This document shows positions 55,593 to 64,000 of a stretch of 64,000 bases of DNA, piece after piece. Each line of letters starts with the position of its first letter. Position 1 is the stretch's first letter. The notes under the pieces were generated by a model. That model worked only from the letters and a program-made list of their open reading frames with translations, was not told where the DNA came from and ran no database searches. Origin of the DNA: a virus (Duplodnaviria; Heunggongvirae; Uroviricota; Caudoviricetes); IMG/VR virus record IMGVR_UViG_3300010413_000002, positions 1 through 64,000 of that record. One strand, given 5' to 3'. Position numbers and translations under genes: made by a program.

Positions 55593-55997
55593 TTAATATA
55601 CATAATAAGTTTCTTCGTTATATTCTACTTCTAAATAATCATCTTTCATCAATTCCGCCCATTCGTCCCAATCAATGCAAGAGGCAAGAGGACTGTTTTT
55701 TTCAATATATCCAAATTCATAAGCTTTTTCTTCTGCATATTTATCAAAATAATTTTCGTGGACTATGATTTGTCCGTATTCAAAACTATCTCCGTTTGAG
55801 TCCTCGCATTGCTCTTTAAAACTTTCTAATTGTTTTAATTCTCTTTTTTCGTCTTCGCTTAAAAGTTTGTGTTCTTTTGCGTTTTTTAATGCGTTTATTC
55901 TTTCTTGAATATCGCGTGAATCTATAACGTCTTGAGTCAAACTTATCTCGAAACATTCAGTTGAATTTAATAATTCTTGTGCTTCTTCTTTATTCAT
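55593..55997 (-). CDS. Hypothetical acidic protein.
   Basis: 134-aa ORF. Confidence 0.45.
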   Translation of the reverse strand: MNKEEAQELLNSTECFEISLTQDVIDSRDIQERINALKNAKEHKLLSEDEKRELKQLESFKEQCEDSNGDSFEYGQIIVHENYFDKYAEEKAYEFGYIEKNSPLASCIDWDEWAELMKDDYLEVEYNEETYYVY

Positions 55998-56012
55998 ATT
56001 GTCCCTTTACTA

Positions 56013-56204
56013 TTAATATTTAATTTCTTCAAAATTCATTTCATTGTAAGTTTCTCCACATTTTCTACAAACAAATAATTCATTGTTTACTTCTGGCACT
56101 TCGTCACATTGATACTCTAAAATCCCGTTTTCGTTAAGTTCCCAAACTTCGTATGAGTCTGTATTTCTAATGAATTCCGTGCTTCCGCATTTACATTTTT
56201 TCAT
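56013..56204 (-). CDS. Small zinc-ribbon protein.
   Basis: CKCGS...CRKCG. Confidence 0.4.
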   Translation of the reverse strand: MKKCKCGSTEFIRNTDSYEVWELNENGILEYQCDEVPEVNNELFVCRKCGETYNEMNFEEIKY

Positions 56205-56404
56205 AAAATCCTTTTTTTATTAACCTATTATTATAATATACTATAAGAATTAATTGTCAAGAAAAATCGTATTATTTTTTAAAATATTTTTGATTTTTAA
56301 AATATCTTTTAACAAAGTTAAACGTAAGTTCTCCTTAGTTAATCTTGAATAAAGACTTAATAAAAATTCAGCTTTGTTTCTCAAAAGAATTATTTGTGTA
56401 TTAC

Positions 56405-56557
56405 TTAATCTTCCCATTGAATACCTCTTCTGTTGTTGATTAGGTTTACTTCTTCGTTTATGTCTTCGCTGTAGTCAGATACTTTGTCCAAGTAATCGTC
56501 TTGAATTTCTTGTGAATTATATTCATCAAGAAAATTTTGTAGTGGTAGTGAGTTCAT
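56405..56557 (-). CDS. Small acidic hypothetical protein (50 aa, below the track cutoff).
   Basis: Hand translation MNSLPLQNFLDEYNSQEIQDDYLDKVSDYSEDINEEVNLINNRRGIQWED. Promoter cassette copy E lies upstream at 56583-56627. Confidence 0.3.
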   Translation of the reverse strand: MNSLPLQNFLDEYNSQEIQDDYLDKVSDYSEDINEEVNLINNRRGIQWED

Positions 56558-57377
56558 AATTTCCCTTTATTATTGTATTAATTATAATATAAACCATAAG
56601 AATTAATTGTCAAGAAAAATCGTACAAGGGGGGGTCTTTTTTAAAAAATAAAGTTGGGAAATTTTGAGCCGTACCCAACCCCCCATTCTATTCCCACAAT
56701 TTTTTTGCTTGAAAAATAAAACTTATACGTTAAGCTTTGAAAGAAAATCTTGTGATAAACAAGAATGCGTATACTTAACTTAAATATTATAATTTTAATA
56801 AATTCTTAAAAGAAAAAATTAAAACAGAAAACATTAATTGATAATATTTATAATAAATTTCATTTGTTTATTAACAATACAAAAGAGCCAGTTATTTCAA
56901 ATAGTGATATAATGGAGATTTATAAAGTAATTAAACAAATAGATGATTGTAATGAATTACTTGCTTATTAAGAGAGAAAAAATATGAGTATAACTAGTTT
57001 TTTAATTTTTTCAAGTTTTATATTTTTGTTAGATCCAGTATCAATTATTATACTAATACCTTTATATTTTTGTTTATTTTAATAATGGAAAAGTTTTATA
57101 TATTTCAGTTATATTTTTTAAAACAAAAACACCCCAACAAAGACCTTTGCCCTATTCAACAATAAATAAAGCTTCTTTTTGTCTATTGCTTTTTCCGCCA
57201 AGTGAGCAAGTATTACTAAAGCCTTTTAATATATCGCCTTCAAAGATTAAATTTCCTTACTTATATCTTTCGAGAAATCTGTCTCCTCCGTACTCGTACT
57301 CAATAATTTCATTGGATTTTCAATGCACCAAGACAAGGCATCAAATGAATTTTTAAATGTTTTTGTCATTTTTTATT

Positions 57378-57896
57378 TTATTTATTAAAATTTTTATCTT
57401 CAAAAAGAAACCAATGTCCTTTATCTTTGGCTATGTCCCAATTGCATTCTTCTCCTTCTTCTGTTTCCCTATCTGTACTCCAGATATCGCAAACACTTGT
57501 CCAATTAAAACAAACTCCAATATAATCTTTATAGTCTAATTGTTTTAAGTCTTCTTTTATTGCAAGAAAATGAAAACGTTCTTTTTCTATTGGATACTTA
57601 TTTATCCAATCATCTATTGCTTTGCAGAGTTTATTAAAGTTTTCTTTTTTTATGATTGTGTAATCAAAAGTGCAAGCTAGTAAAATTTTCTCAAAGCTTT
57701 TTAATCTTTTATCATCTACTAATTTCCAAAGAGGTTGATAGTTTTCTAAGCGTAAATCAAACCAACTTTCTACATTGAAATATTCTTTGACTAAAGCGTT
57801 CCAAATTACTGGAGCTGAGAAATGAGAGTTTTGATACTCTTTTATTTCTTCAATTTCTCCCTTTTTCGGAACTCCGTACATTGTAGTCCAACTCAT
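57378..57896 (-). CDS. Hypothetical protein.
   Basis: 172 aa. Leftward promoter at about 57925-57960. Confidence 0.5.
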   Translation of the reverse strand: MSWTTMYGVPKKGEIEEIKEYQNSHFSAPVIWNALVKEYFNVESWFDLRLENYQPLWKLVDDKRLKSFEKILLACTFDYTIIKKENFNKLCKAIDDWINKYPIEKERFHFLAIKEDLKQLDYKDYIGVCFNWTSVCDIWSTDRETEEGEECNWDIAKDKGHWFLFEDKNFNK

Positions 57897-58074
57897 GAAC
57901 TTTTTTTAATTATTAATCTAATTATAGTATAAACCATTAAAGAATTTTTGTCAAATAAAATTTGAAAAATAATGTTTTTATTTGTTGATTATTTCAGTCT
58001 TTATAGAAGCTTAAAATATTATAGAAAATATTGTTTTTTCTTGAAAAATAAAAATCTAAAGTTATAATAACTTT

Positions 58075-58335
58075 ATGGCATGTTTTTTTAATAAATATAT
58101 AACTATACACATTTTCTGTTCATTTAAAATAGAAAATCAAAAAAGATTTGAAACAGTTGCAATTAAACAAACTGAATATATTGATATATCTAAAACAAGA
58201 AAGGAATTAGAAAAGCTTTATAAATCAAAAAAAGTTAAAGATATACGAATATTATCAATAAAATGTTTTTTTGAAAATAAATTTAAATATTTTTTAAAAA
58301 AATTTAAAATAAGAAAAAATGAAAAAATTATTTGA
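58075..58335 (+). CDS. Hypothetical protein.
   Basis: 86 aa. Plus promoter TTGAAA-16-TATAAT at about 58040-58068. Confidence 0.35.
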   Translation: MACFFNKYITIHIFCSFKIENQKRFETVAIKQTEYIDISKTRKELEKLYKSKKVKDIRILSIKCFFENKFKYFLKKFKIRKNEKII

Positions 58336-58558
58336 TAATGTATATGTGCTATTAATTTTAATAGTTTTAATTACACCTTTAACTGGTATGGGAATTGCTT
58401 TTTTGATATATGATAGCGGAAAAACCGTTTGTAAAAGGCAAAGTAGAGTGCAAGGAGTTGAATTTTATAAATATGATAATTTTACTGGCGTATGTCTAGT
58501 AAAATATAAAGGTAAGGTAATAGATATTGATAAGATTGTTTATAATGTTAATGAGTAG
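58319..58558 (+). CDS. Small membrane protein.
   Basis: 79 aa, one transmembrane segment. Confidence 0.4.
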   Translation: MKKLFDNVYVLLILIVLITPLTGMGIAFLIYDSGKTVCKRQSRVQGVEFYKYDNFTGVCLVKYKGKVIDIDKIVYNVNE

Positions 58559-58793
58559 TATATGAATAACAAACATAGAAAAAAAACAAAAAAAGAAGTT
58601 ATTAAGACTACAAAGAATTATATAGAAAATCTTTTTCCAAACCTCATACTATAGCTCAAGCATATGATGAAACTGATGAAGAATTTAAAAAAAGATTAGA
58701 AACACTTATAAAAGACAATAATATAACAAACCTTAATCAAATCAATGTTGTTGGCAAGATTGTGTTTTATAATAATTAATTTAAAGTTAATTT

Positions 58794-59150
58794 ATGACTA
58801 AATATATAATAGGAGAATTTAAAATAGCTGGAAACCTCCAAATTAACGAAGATGAAGTAGTTAAAGATTGGTTAAAACGTCCTCATTTATGGTGGATTGA
58901 GCAATGGGTTGATTATAAAACTGATTTGAAAAAATTTAGACTAATAAGATATAGACAAATAAATAGTGCATGTACAGATCTAAAAGTAAGTATTGATAAC
59001 GAAACAACAAAAAGATTAATAGATAGATTGAGTTTAAAGGAATTAGAAAGCGGTGTTTTTAGATATGCTTCTGAATGGTGTCTTCCTATTAGATATACTA
59101 TTATTAGAGAATATAATCGTAACAAAAATAAAAGACTATATAGTATTTAA
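58794..59150 (+). CDS. Hypothetical protein.
   Basis: 118-aa ORF. Confidence 0.45.
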   Translation: MTKYIIGEFKIAGNLQINEDEVVKDWLKRPHLWWIEQWVDYKTDLKKFRLIRYRQINSACTDLKVSIDNETTKRLIDRLSLKELESGVFRYASEWCLPIRYTIIREYNRNKNKRLYSI

Positions 59151-59164
59151 TTTAGAATATTATA

Positions 59165-59572
59165 TTATTCATAGATTAAAATAGATACTTTTGCCGTTAT
59201 GCTTACAATATAGTTTTCTATTTCAGCGTTGACGATAAGTCCTTCAAAGGAATATCTTTCTTTATTTATAACAAAACTTCCATTTATTTCTTTTTTGTGT
59301 TTAGTAATTTCCATAAAATCTTTATAAGACATTTCGAACTCTATAAGAGTTTCGTCTAAGAAGATTAAATTTTTAGCCTTTGGAATATTGCTAGTATGTG
59401 ATATATCTATTATCTTTATCTCTTTGGGAGAATATATCTGAAATCCATTTATTTCTAATTTATCAATTTTTCCTGTTTTTTTATCTTTGTGAATTACAAT
59501 AGGAGATCCGTTATACTTATACTTTTCGTTTTCTGTAGTTTCTGATTCTGTAAAAAGAAAATATGGAGGCAT
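59165..59572 (-). CDS. Hypothetical protein.
   Basis: 135-aa ORF. Confidence 0.45.
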   Translation of the reverse strand: MPPYFLFTESETTENEKYKYNGSPIVIHKDKKTGKIDKLEINGFQIYSPKEIKIIDISHTSNIPKAKNLIFLDETLIEFEMSYKDFMEITKHKKEINGSFVINKERYSFEGLIVNAEIENYIVSITAKVSILIYE

Positions 59573-59655
59573 AATCTAATTAATATTTTTTAGAAAATCT
59601 ATTCTTCTCATTTTTTATTGTTTTTTAAGTTTATTTAACTTTTCTTTTAATAATT

Positions 59656-60138
59656 TTAATTCTTTTTGTTTTTTTTTATTTGTTTATTTATGCGTTCTTT
59701 TTCGTAATTAGCATTCTCTACTATAAATCCTTTTATGCTTTTATTATCAATAATATAAGGATATTCATCAGCATCATCAATATCGACATCAGAAAAAACT
59801 GCATTTAATAATTCTACTTGTTCTGGATAGTATTTTTCCTCTATTCTATGAAATTCGGCATTTGCAACGCTTTGCAACTTATTATTTGGTAATCGCAATA
59901 AGACAAGATGACTGCTATATGCTCCCATATATTTTCTCACTTGAACAACTTTTCCTATTAAATAATAAAATTTATTTTTTTCTTTGTTGTAAAATCCGCC
60001 TGTAAGTACATACGAATTTTTATCACTAAGTCTCCATTTTGTTGTATCGCTGTAACCTATTCTATGATAATAACTTTTTTCCTTTATTGTTTCAATTAAA
60101 AAATCTTTAATATCTTTATAACTTATTTTTTTATCCAT
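59656..60138 (-). CDS. Hypothetical protein.
   Basis: 160-aa ORF. Confidence 0.45.
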   Translation of the reverse strand: MDKKISYKDIKDFLIETIKEKSYYHRIGYSDTTKWRLSDKNSYVLTGGFYNKEKNKFYYLIGKVVQVRKYMGAYSSHLVLLRLPNNKLQSVANAEFHRIEEKYYPEQVELLNAVFSDVDIDDADEYPYIIDNKSIKGFIVENANYEKERINKQIKKNKKN

Positions 60139-60184
60139 ATTTCTTTTATTTTTTTATTCTACTGTAATAAAAATATTACACTTA

Positions 60185-60421
60185 TTAAGTTTTTTTCTTT
60201 TTAGTTTTTATACCGTATCCAGTTAATAAACACAATATAACTAAGATAGCAAGTGGAAGCCATATAGGACTAAAAATCCATAACCAATTTATATTAAAAA
60301 TTTTAAATAATTTCAAAAAAATAAGCAAGACTGTACATCCTACACAAAATCTATGAGTAGAAAATTTAATTATTCCTAAATTAAATGTTATTTTATTTTT
60401 TTCAATTTTAATTATTTTCAT
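60185..60421 (-). CDS. Small membrane protein.
   Basis: 78 aa, two transmembrane segments. The 18-nt palindrome lies 4 nt beyond its stop. Confidence 0.4.
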   Translation of the reverse strand: MKIIKIEKNKITFNLGIIKFSTHRFCVGCTVLLIFLKLFKIFNINWLWIFSPIWLPLAILVILCLLTGYGIKTKKKKT

Positions 60422-60451
60422 ATAAATCTATTAAGCCCATTGTTCATTATA

Positions 60452-60844
60452 TTATTCTTTTAAAGAAATTCTTGGTTTTTCGCCTATTGAATAATTAATT
60501 CTAAATAGAGGTATTTTTTCTTTTATACGTTCTTCATTATGGTCAAAACAGTAATAAATCATTTTTCTTGATTGAAGTAAGTCTAAATAATCAATAACAT
60601 TTCCATCTGTATTAATGTCATATCCTCCTTTTCCAAGCCAATATAAAGGTCTTTCTGGAAATGTTGGCATTGGCATTGGTTTTATATATTTTTTAAAAAA
60701 TTCGTCTGATTGTTTCTTTTTTAACTCTTTAATTTCTTTTTCTAGTTCCCTTACTCTTTTTTTTAGATTTTTTTTAGGAGTTTTTTCTTCTTCTAATTCT
60801 TTTATAATTTGCCTTAAATTATCTATTAGTTCTTTATTTTTCAT
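60452..60844 (-). CDS. Hypothetical protein.
   Basis: 130-aa ORF. Confidence 0.45.
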   Translation of the reverse strand: MKNKELIDNLRQIIKELEEEKTPKKNLKKRVRELEKEIKELKKKQSDEFFKKYIKPMPMPTFPERPLYWLGKGGYDINTDGNVIDYLDLLQSRKMIYYCFDHNEERIKEKIPLFRINYSIGEKPRISLKE

Positions 60845-61042
60845 ATTTCCCTTTTTTATTAATAATTTTATATCCTTTAATAAAACAACTTATTCTAAAT
60901 ATAATATCTATAATAATAGTAATTACAAAGCTAATAGTATTTCCATTAAACAATCCTTCAAAAAAAGATTGTCCTACAATTCCTATTCCATTTATTATTG
61001 AATTCATAAATAAACATAAAAAGAAAAAATCTAACTTTGTTA

Positions 61043-61363
61043 TTACTTTATTTTAATTTTGTTGATAATTTTGTTATTTTGTATTTCTAAATATTTTTCT
61101 TCTTTTTTTTCTAGCTCTTTCGCTATCTTTTTGAATTCCTTAATGAAAAGTTTATGTTCTTTTTCTGACAAATCAATACTTTTTAATCTGTGATACCCAA
61201 AGAATAATGGCTTTAGATAGATAGTGATTGCTAATGAAGACTTTTTAGTTGGAAAGTATTCGTAAAAATACAAGACAACATTTTTATAATGAAGTCCATT
61301 AAATTTCTTTATTGGTTTGAATTTATGTTTATTATCTATAATTTTTTGTAATTTTTCTTTCAT
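61043..61363 (-). CDS. Hypothetical protein.
   Basis: 106-aa ORF. Confidence 0.45.
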   Translation of the reverse strand: MKEKLQKIIDNKHKFKPIKKFNGLHYKNVVLYFYEYFPTKKSSLAITIYLKPLFFGYHRLKSIDLSEKEHKLFIKEFKKIAKELEKKEEKYLEIQNNKIINKIKIK

Positions 61364-61374
61364 ATCTTTACTTT

Positions 61375-61653
61375 TTAAGATTGTTCATTAATTTTTTCTT
61401 CCCACATTAGTTCATAGATATATTCCATAAACTTTTTAAAAGATTGTTTTTTTTGTTCTTCAAATCCAGTTGCTTCATCTATCATCTTTTCTAAAGGATT
61501 TTTAGCAAAACTTCCAAAATCTACACAATCTTTATTTTTTTCTAAAAACTCATCTTTTAATTCTTCAAATTCTTCTATTCTGTTATTTATTAAATAATTT
61601 ATATAAGAGGCTGTAAAAGCTTTATTTAATTCTTCATTTTCTGTTTTTTTCAT
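61375..61653 (-). CDS. Hypothetical acidic protein.
   Basis: 92-aa ORF. Confidence 0.45.
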   Translation of the reverse strand: MKKTENEELNKAFTASYINYLINNRIEEFEELKDEFLEKNKDCVDFGSFAKNPLEKMIDEATGFEEQKKQSFKKFMEYIYELMWEEKINEQS

Positions 61654-61871
61654 ATTTTTACCTTATATACTTAAAAATTAATACTAAAACTAATACAATA
61701 AACGCTATATAGCAAATAAATCCAATTTTAGTTTTAATTTTTTTTAATGATTTATTAATTTTTGATTTATTGTTAGTAATTTGTGGTCTTTCCATTTTAT
61801 GATTTTTATTTTAATTTTTTTTAATTATAATATATATTTTATAATTTTCAATATTTTTTTAAAAAAAATAT

Positions 61872-61899
61872 TTGACTTTTATATTTTTTGTTCTATAGT
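61872..61899 (+). promoter_or_regulatory. Sigma70-type promoter (TTGACT-16-TATAGT) upstream of the tRNA-like cluster.
   Basis: TTGACT 61872-61877 and TATAGT 61894-61899, about 100 nt upstream of the first tRNA-like element. Confidence 0.45.
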
Positions 61900-62005
61900 T
61901 TATTCAATGGCAAAAGAAATTCCTATAAAAAAAATAATTTAGGTTTATTGATTATTTCTCGCCATGAAAATAAATAGACAAAAAAAGTTCCTATATATTA
62001 GGAAA

Positions 62006-62107
62006 ACAGGGGTACGATGGTTCAAATCCATCCGCTATCTTAAGATGGCGTGGCAGAGTGGTTATGCACCTGTGTGTATTACTTTTCGTCTATTAAAAAA
62101 ACACAGG
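62006..62107 (+). tRNA. tRNA-like element alpha with apparent permuted order. The 3' half (anticodon-stem 3' strand, variable loop, T-arm, acceptor 3' strand) lies upstream of its matching 5' half (acceptor 5' strand, D-arm, anticodon-stem 5' strand).
   Basis: 3' half 62006-62040: ACAGG-GGTAC-GATGG-TTCAAAT-CCATC-CGCTATC-T. TAA linker. 5' half 62044-62073: GATGGCG-TG-GCAG-AGTGGTT-ATGC-A-CCTGT. The acceptor strands GATGGCG and CGCTATC pair 7/7 (one G-U). CCTGT pairs with ACAGG. The extended stem 62069-62075 with 62101-62107 encloses a 25-nt loop. Confidence 0.4.
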
Positions 62108-62132
62108 AAGTTCCTATTTTAATGCTCGATAA

Positions 62133-62240
62133 GCAGGAGGTCGTAGGTTCGAGTCCTACCTTCCGCATTTGCGGTTGTAGCTCAGTTGGTAGAGCGCCTT
62201 TATGTACTTCCCGTTTTTATTAATGATAAAGGCAGTTCCT
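62133..62240 (+). tRNA. tRNA-like element beta. A canonical tRNA 3' half (62133-62167) is followed by a canonical 5' half (62171-62201), but the halves do not pair well with each other. Possibly a degenerate, split or trans-paired tRNA.
   Basis: 3' half GCAGG-AGGTC-GTAGG-TTCGAGT-CCTAC-CTTCCGC-A. 5' half GCGGTTG-TA-GCTC-AGTTGGTA-GAGC-G-CCTTT. Acceptor complementarity is only 5/7. An 8-bp stem GCCTTTAT / ATAAAGGC encloses a 22-nt loop. Confidence 0.3.
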
Positions 62241-62288
62241 ATAAATCGTTTCACAAAAGATTACTGCCCATCAAAACAAAGGAAAATT

Positions 62289-64000
62289 ATGAAAACTTTA
62301 AAATTATTTAATGCTGTTATATCAAAAGAAAATAAGACAGTAAAACCTTTTATTTCAACAAAAGGATATATTATTGAATCTAATGCTATGTGGGCAGTGA
62401 ATGATATTATAAAATTTTATGACGAACAAAGTCTAACAGGAAACGATTTAAACAAAACTTTTCATAAATCTTGGCAAAAAATAAAAGAAAGCACAAGATT
62501 TGAATTGTTTTTAGAACAAATACAACATTATATTTCTACCTATGGAAGTAATTTTAAAGATGAAATATATATTCCTAATGAAGTTTTGAACGTTCCAAAT
62601 TTAAAAATTATATTTAAAGTAATAAAAGCATACACAAAAGAAGAATTGATAGAAAAATGTCTATTTTTATTAAAGTCTGGTATAGCTTTAAAAGAAGAAA
62701 CAATAAATGATGTTCTTTCTATATTAGTTGATGAATTAAAATATGAATTTACAGGCAAAGAGGGAATAAAAAATAAAGAAGCTATTATAAAAATTGCTGA
62801 TTTATATAATGTACTTCCTCAGGATACAATGGAATTTTTCAGATATATTATATATCGTTCTACTGGACAATCTCTTTTAATTAAGAGTAATGACTTAATA
62901 GAAGCTATTAAGGACTCAAATTACAATCCTACAGCTCAATTTAATAAATTTGGACTAAAGAGACTATCGGAGATATTTAATAGGTTTAAACCTTTGTTTT
63001 TGGCGTTTAAAAAACATTGTCCATCGACAATAAATAAAATCGCTAAACTTTCAAAGAAATTTCATAAAGCTTTGGTACAAAACCCATTAAACAATGTAAC
63101 AAACAAATTGTTAAATTTAGAAGATTTACATTGGTTGGATAATGCTACAATTTATGCTTTATTTAAAGCTTTATCAGCTTGTTATTCAAGAAAAAATGGA
63201 CAAGATAGTTTTATTTATAAGATAAGAAATGGAAAATCTTGGGTAAAAGAAAACAAAATAAACACCGAAATTTGTGAGAAAAACTTTAAAAGTTTATTAG
63301 ATTATTTAAAAAGAAGAGTAAATTTAAAAGATAAAAAATTCTATTTGCCGAAAGACATTAAATTTGCTTTGCCAACTTCTGAAAAGATGTTTGTTGGTAA
63401 TATACCAGTTGGAAGTAAATTTTATGGAGAAAAACTAGCAGTAGGTATTTATTGGGAAGATAAATGGGGAGCAAGAGACTTAGATTTATCAGGAATTAAT
63501 ATTGATGGTAAAGTAGGTTGGAATTCGTCTTACAATCAAGGAATTGGTAGTTTAATGTATTCTGGAGATATAACTTCAGCACCAAATGGAGCTGTTGAAT
63601 ATTTATATGCTAATGAAGGATTAAATGAGCCAACTTTAGTTAAAAACAATGTTTATAATGGCAAAAATGATTGTGGATATAAAATTATAGTAGGAAAAGG
63701 AGATGAGATCACAAAAGACTACATGATGAATCCTAATAACTTATTTATGGAAGCAAAATGTAATTCTGTTCAAGTGCAAACAATTTTAGGAATTTTCTTA
63801 CCAGAAGAAAAAGGTCAATCTTTTGTGTTGTTAAACTTTGGTGCTGGACATATTAGAGTTTCTGGAAATTCTGAAATATCTAATATTGCCACAAAAGCTT
63901 TATTGCAACAATATAAAGATTTTATTTCTTTAAATGTAATATTGCCAAAACTTGGAGCAAAAATAGTAGAGGAATCAGAAGAGGCTGACTATGATTTAAG
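62289..64000 (+). CDS. Large hypothetical protein, partial (more than 570 aa; open frame runs off the window end).
   Basis: RBS AAAGGAAAA then ATG at 62289. Hand translation MKTLKLFNAVISKENKTVKPF... reached the window end with no stop. No plus-strand ORFs are listed here in the track, as expected for an unterminated frame. No recognisable motif. Confidence 0.5.
   Translation, partial: MKTLKLFNAVISKENKTVKPFISTKGYIIESNAMWAVNDIIKFYDEQSLTGNDLNKTFHKSWQKIKESTRFELFLEQIQHYISTYGSNFKDEIYIPNEVLNVPNLKIIFKVIKAYTKEELIEKCLFLLKSGIALKEETINDVLSILVDELKYEFTGKEGIKNKEAIIKIADLYNVLPQDTMEFFRYIIYRSTGQSLLIKSNDLIEAIKDSNYNPTAQFNKFGLKRLSEIFNRFKPLFLAFKKHCPSTINKIAKLSKKFHKALVQNPLNNVTNKLLNLEDLHWLDNATIYALFKALSACYSRKNGQDSFIYKIRNGKSWVKENKINTEICEKNFKSLLDYLKRRVNLKDKKFYLPKDIKFALPTSEKMFVGNIPVGSKFYGEKLAVGIYWEDKWGARDLDLSGINIDGKVGWNSSYNQGIGSLMYSGDITSAPNGAVEYLYANEGLNEPTLVKNNVYNGKNDCGYKIIVGKGDEITKDYMMNPNNLFMEAKCNSVQVQTILGIFLPEEKGQSFVLLNFGAGHIRVSGNSEISNIATKALLQQYKDFISLNVILPKLGAKIVEESEEADYDL

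Noticed and set aside
62133-62201. Calling tRNA-like element beta a functional permuted tRNA like alpha.
   Set aside because: The acceptor strands GCGGTTG / CTTCCGC pair only 5/7 with two central U-U mismatches, and the anticodon-stem strands CCTTT / GCAGG do not match. It is reported as tRNA-like or degenerate only.

Overview
This window is a very AT-rich, densely packed phage-like (or prophage / large mobile element) segment. I found no recognisable host housekeeping genes, and no capsid, portal or terminase genes.

Organisation:
- 1-15741: a long leftward (minus-strand) gene block.
- 15742-16095: a divergent control region.
- 16096-37092: a rightward block carrying replication, recombination and RNA-repair genes.
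- 37356-37388: a bidirectional terminator.
- 37387-40461: a short nucleotide-salvage and nuclease cluster.
- 40462-61653: a long leftward array of mostly tiny genes, many with their own sigma70-like promoter, interrupted by three non-coding islands (45.85-46.47 kb, 49.02-50.45 kb, 50.9-51.65 kb).
- 61872-62240: a promoter followed by a tRNA-like cluster.
- 62289 to the window end: a long plus-strand ORF that runs off the window.

Genes I can support from sequence motifs:
- T4 Rnl2-family RNA ligase (1218-2198).
- Single-stranded DNA-binding protein (2882-3301).
- CCA-adding tRNA nucleotidyltransferase with HD domain (6668-7990).
- Replisome organizer, DnaC-like helicase loader and DnaB helicase (16096-18956).
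- Sliding-clamp-like protein (23500-24456).
- SF2 DExH helicase (24878-26758).
- 855-aa Pnkp-like kinase / phosphoesterase / ligase RNA-repair enzyme (28399-30966).
- YqaJ-like exonuclease (32214-33542) and RecT-like annealing protein (34340-35734).
- Two HNH endonucleases (21107-22296).
- Thymidine kinase (37387-38208), thioredoxin (38303-38617) and thermonuclease (38604-39068).
- XRE repressor (43138-43524) and GT1 glycosyltransferase (43615-44907).
- SPFH lipoprotein (5579-6406).
- Prepilin-like protein (3291-3467).
- Two distant HslV/proteasome-like Ntn-hydrolase candidates (9645-10187, 22874-23362).
- Metallophosphoesterase truncated by the window start (1-473, missed by the ORF track).

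Most interesting signals:
- A dispersed RNA-repair toolkit (Pnkp + Rnl2 + CCA enzyme + metallophosphoesterase) associated with a three-member paralog family of unknown function (N-terminus MIIKTKKDF).
- A tRNA-like cluster in which a canonical 3' half precedes its matching 5' half (apparent circular permutation).
- Non-coding islands with perfect-consensus promoters, terminators and long hairpins (candidate sRNAs).
- A reiterated promoter cassette and a recurring TTTAGGGAAGT motif.
- Candidate iterons inside the initiator gene.
- Several paralogous small-protein families.
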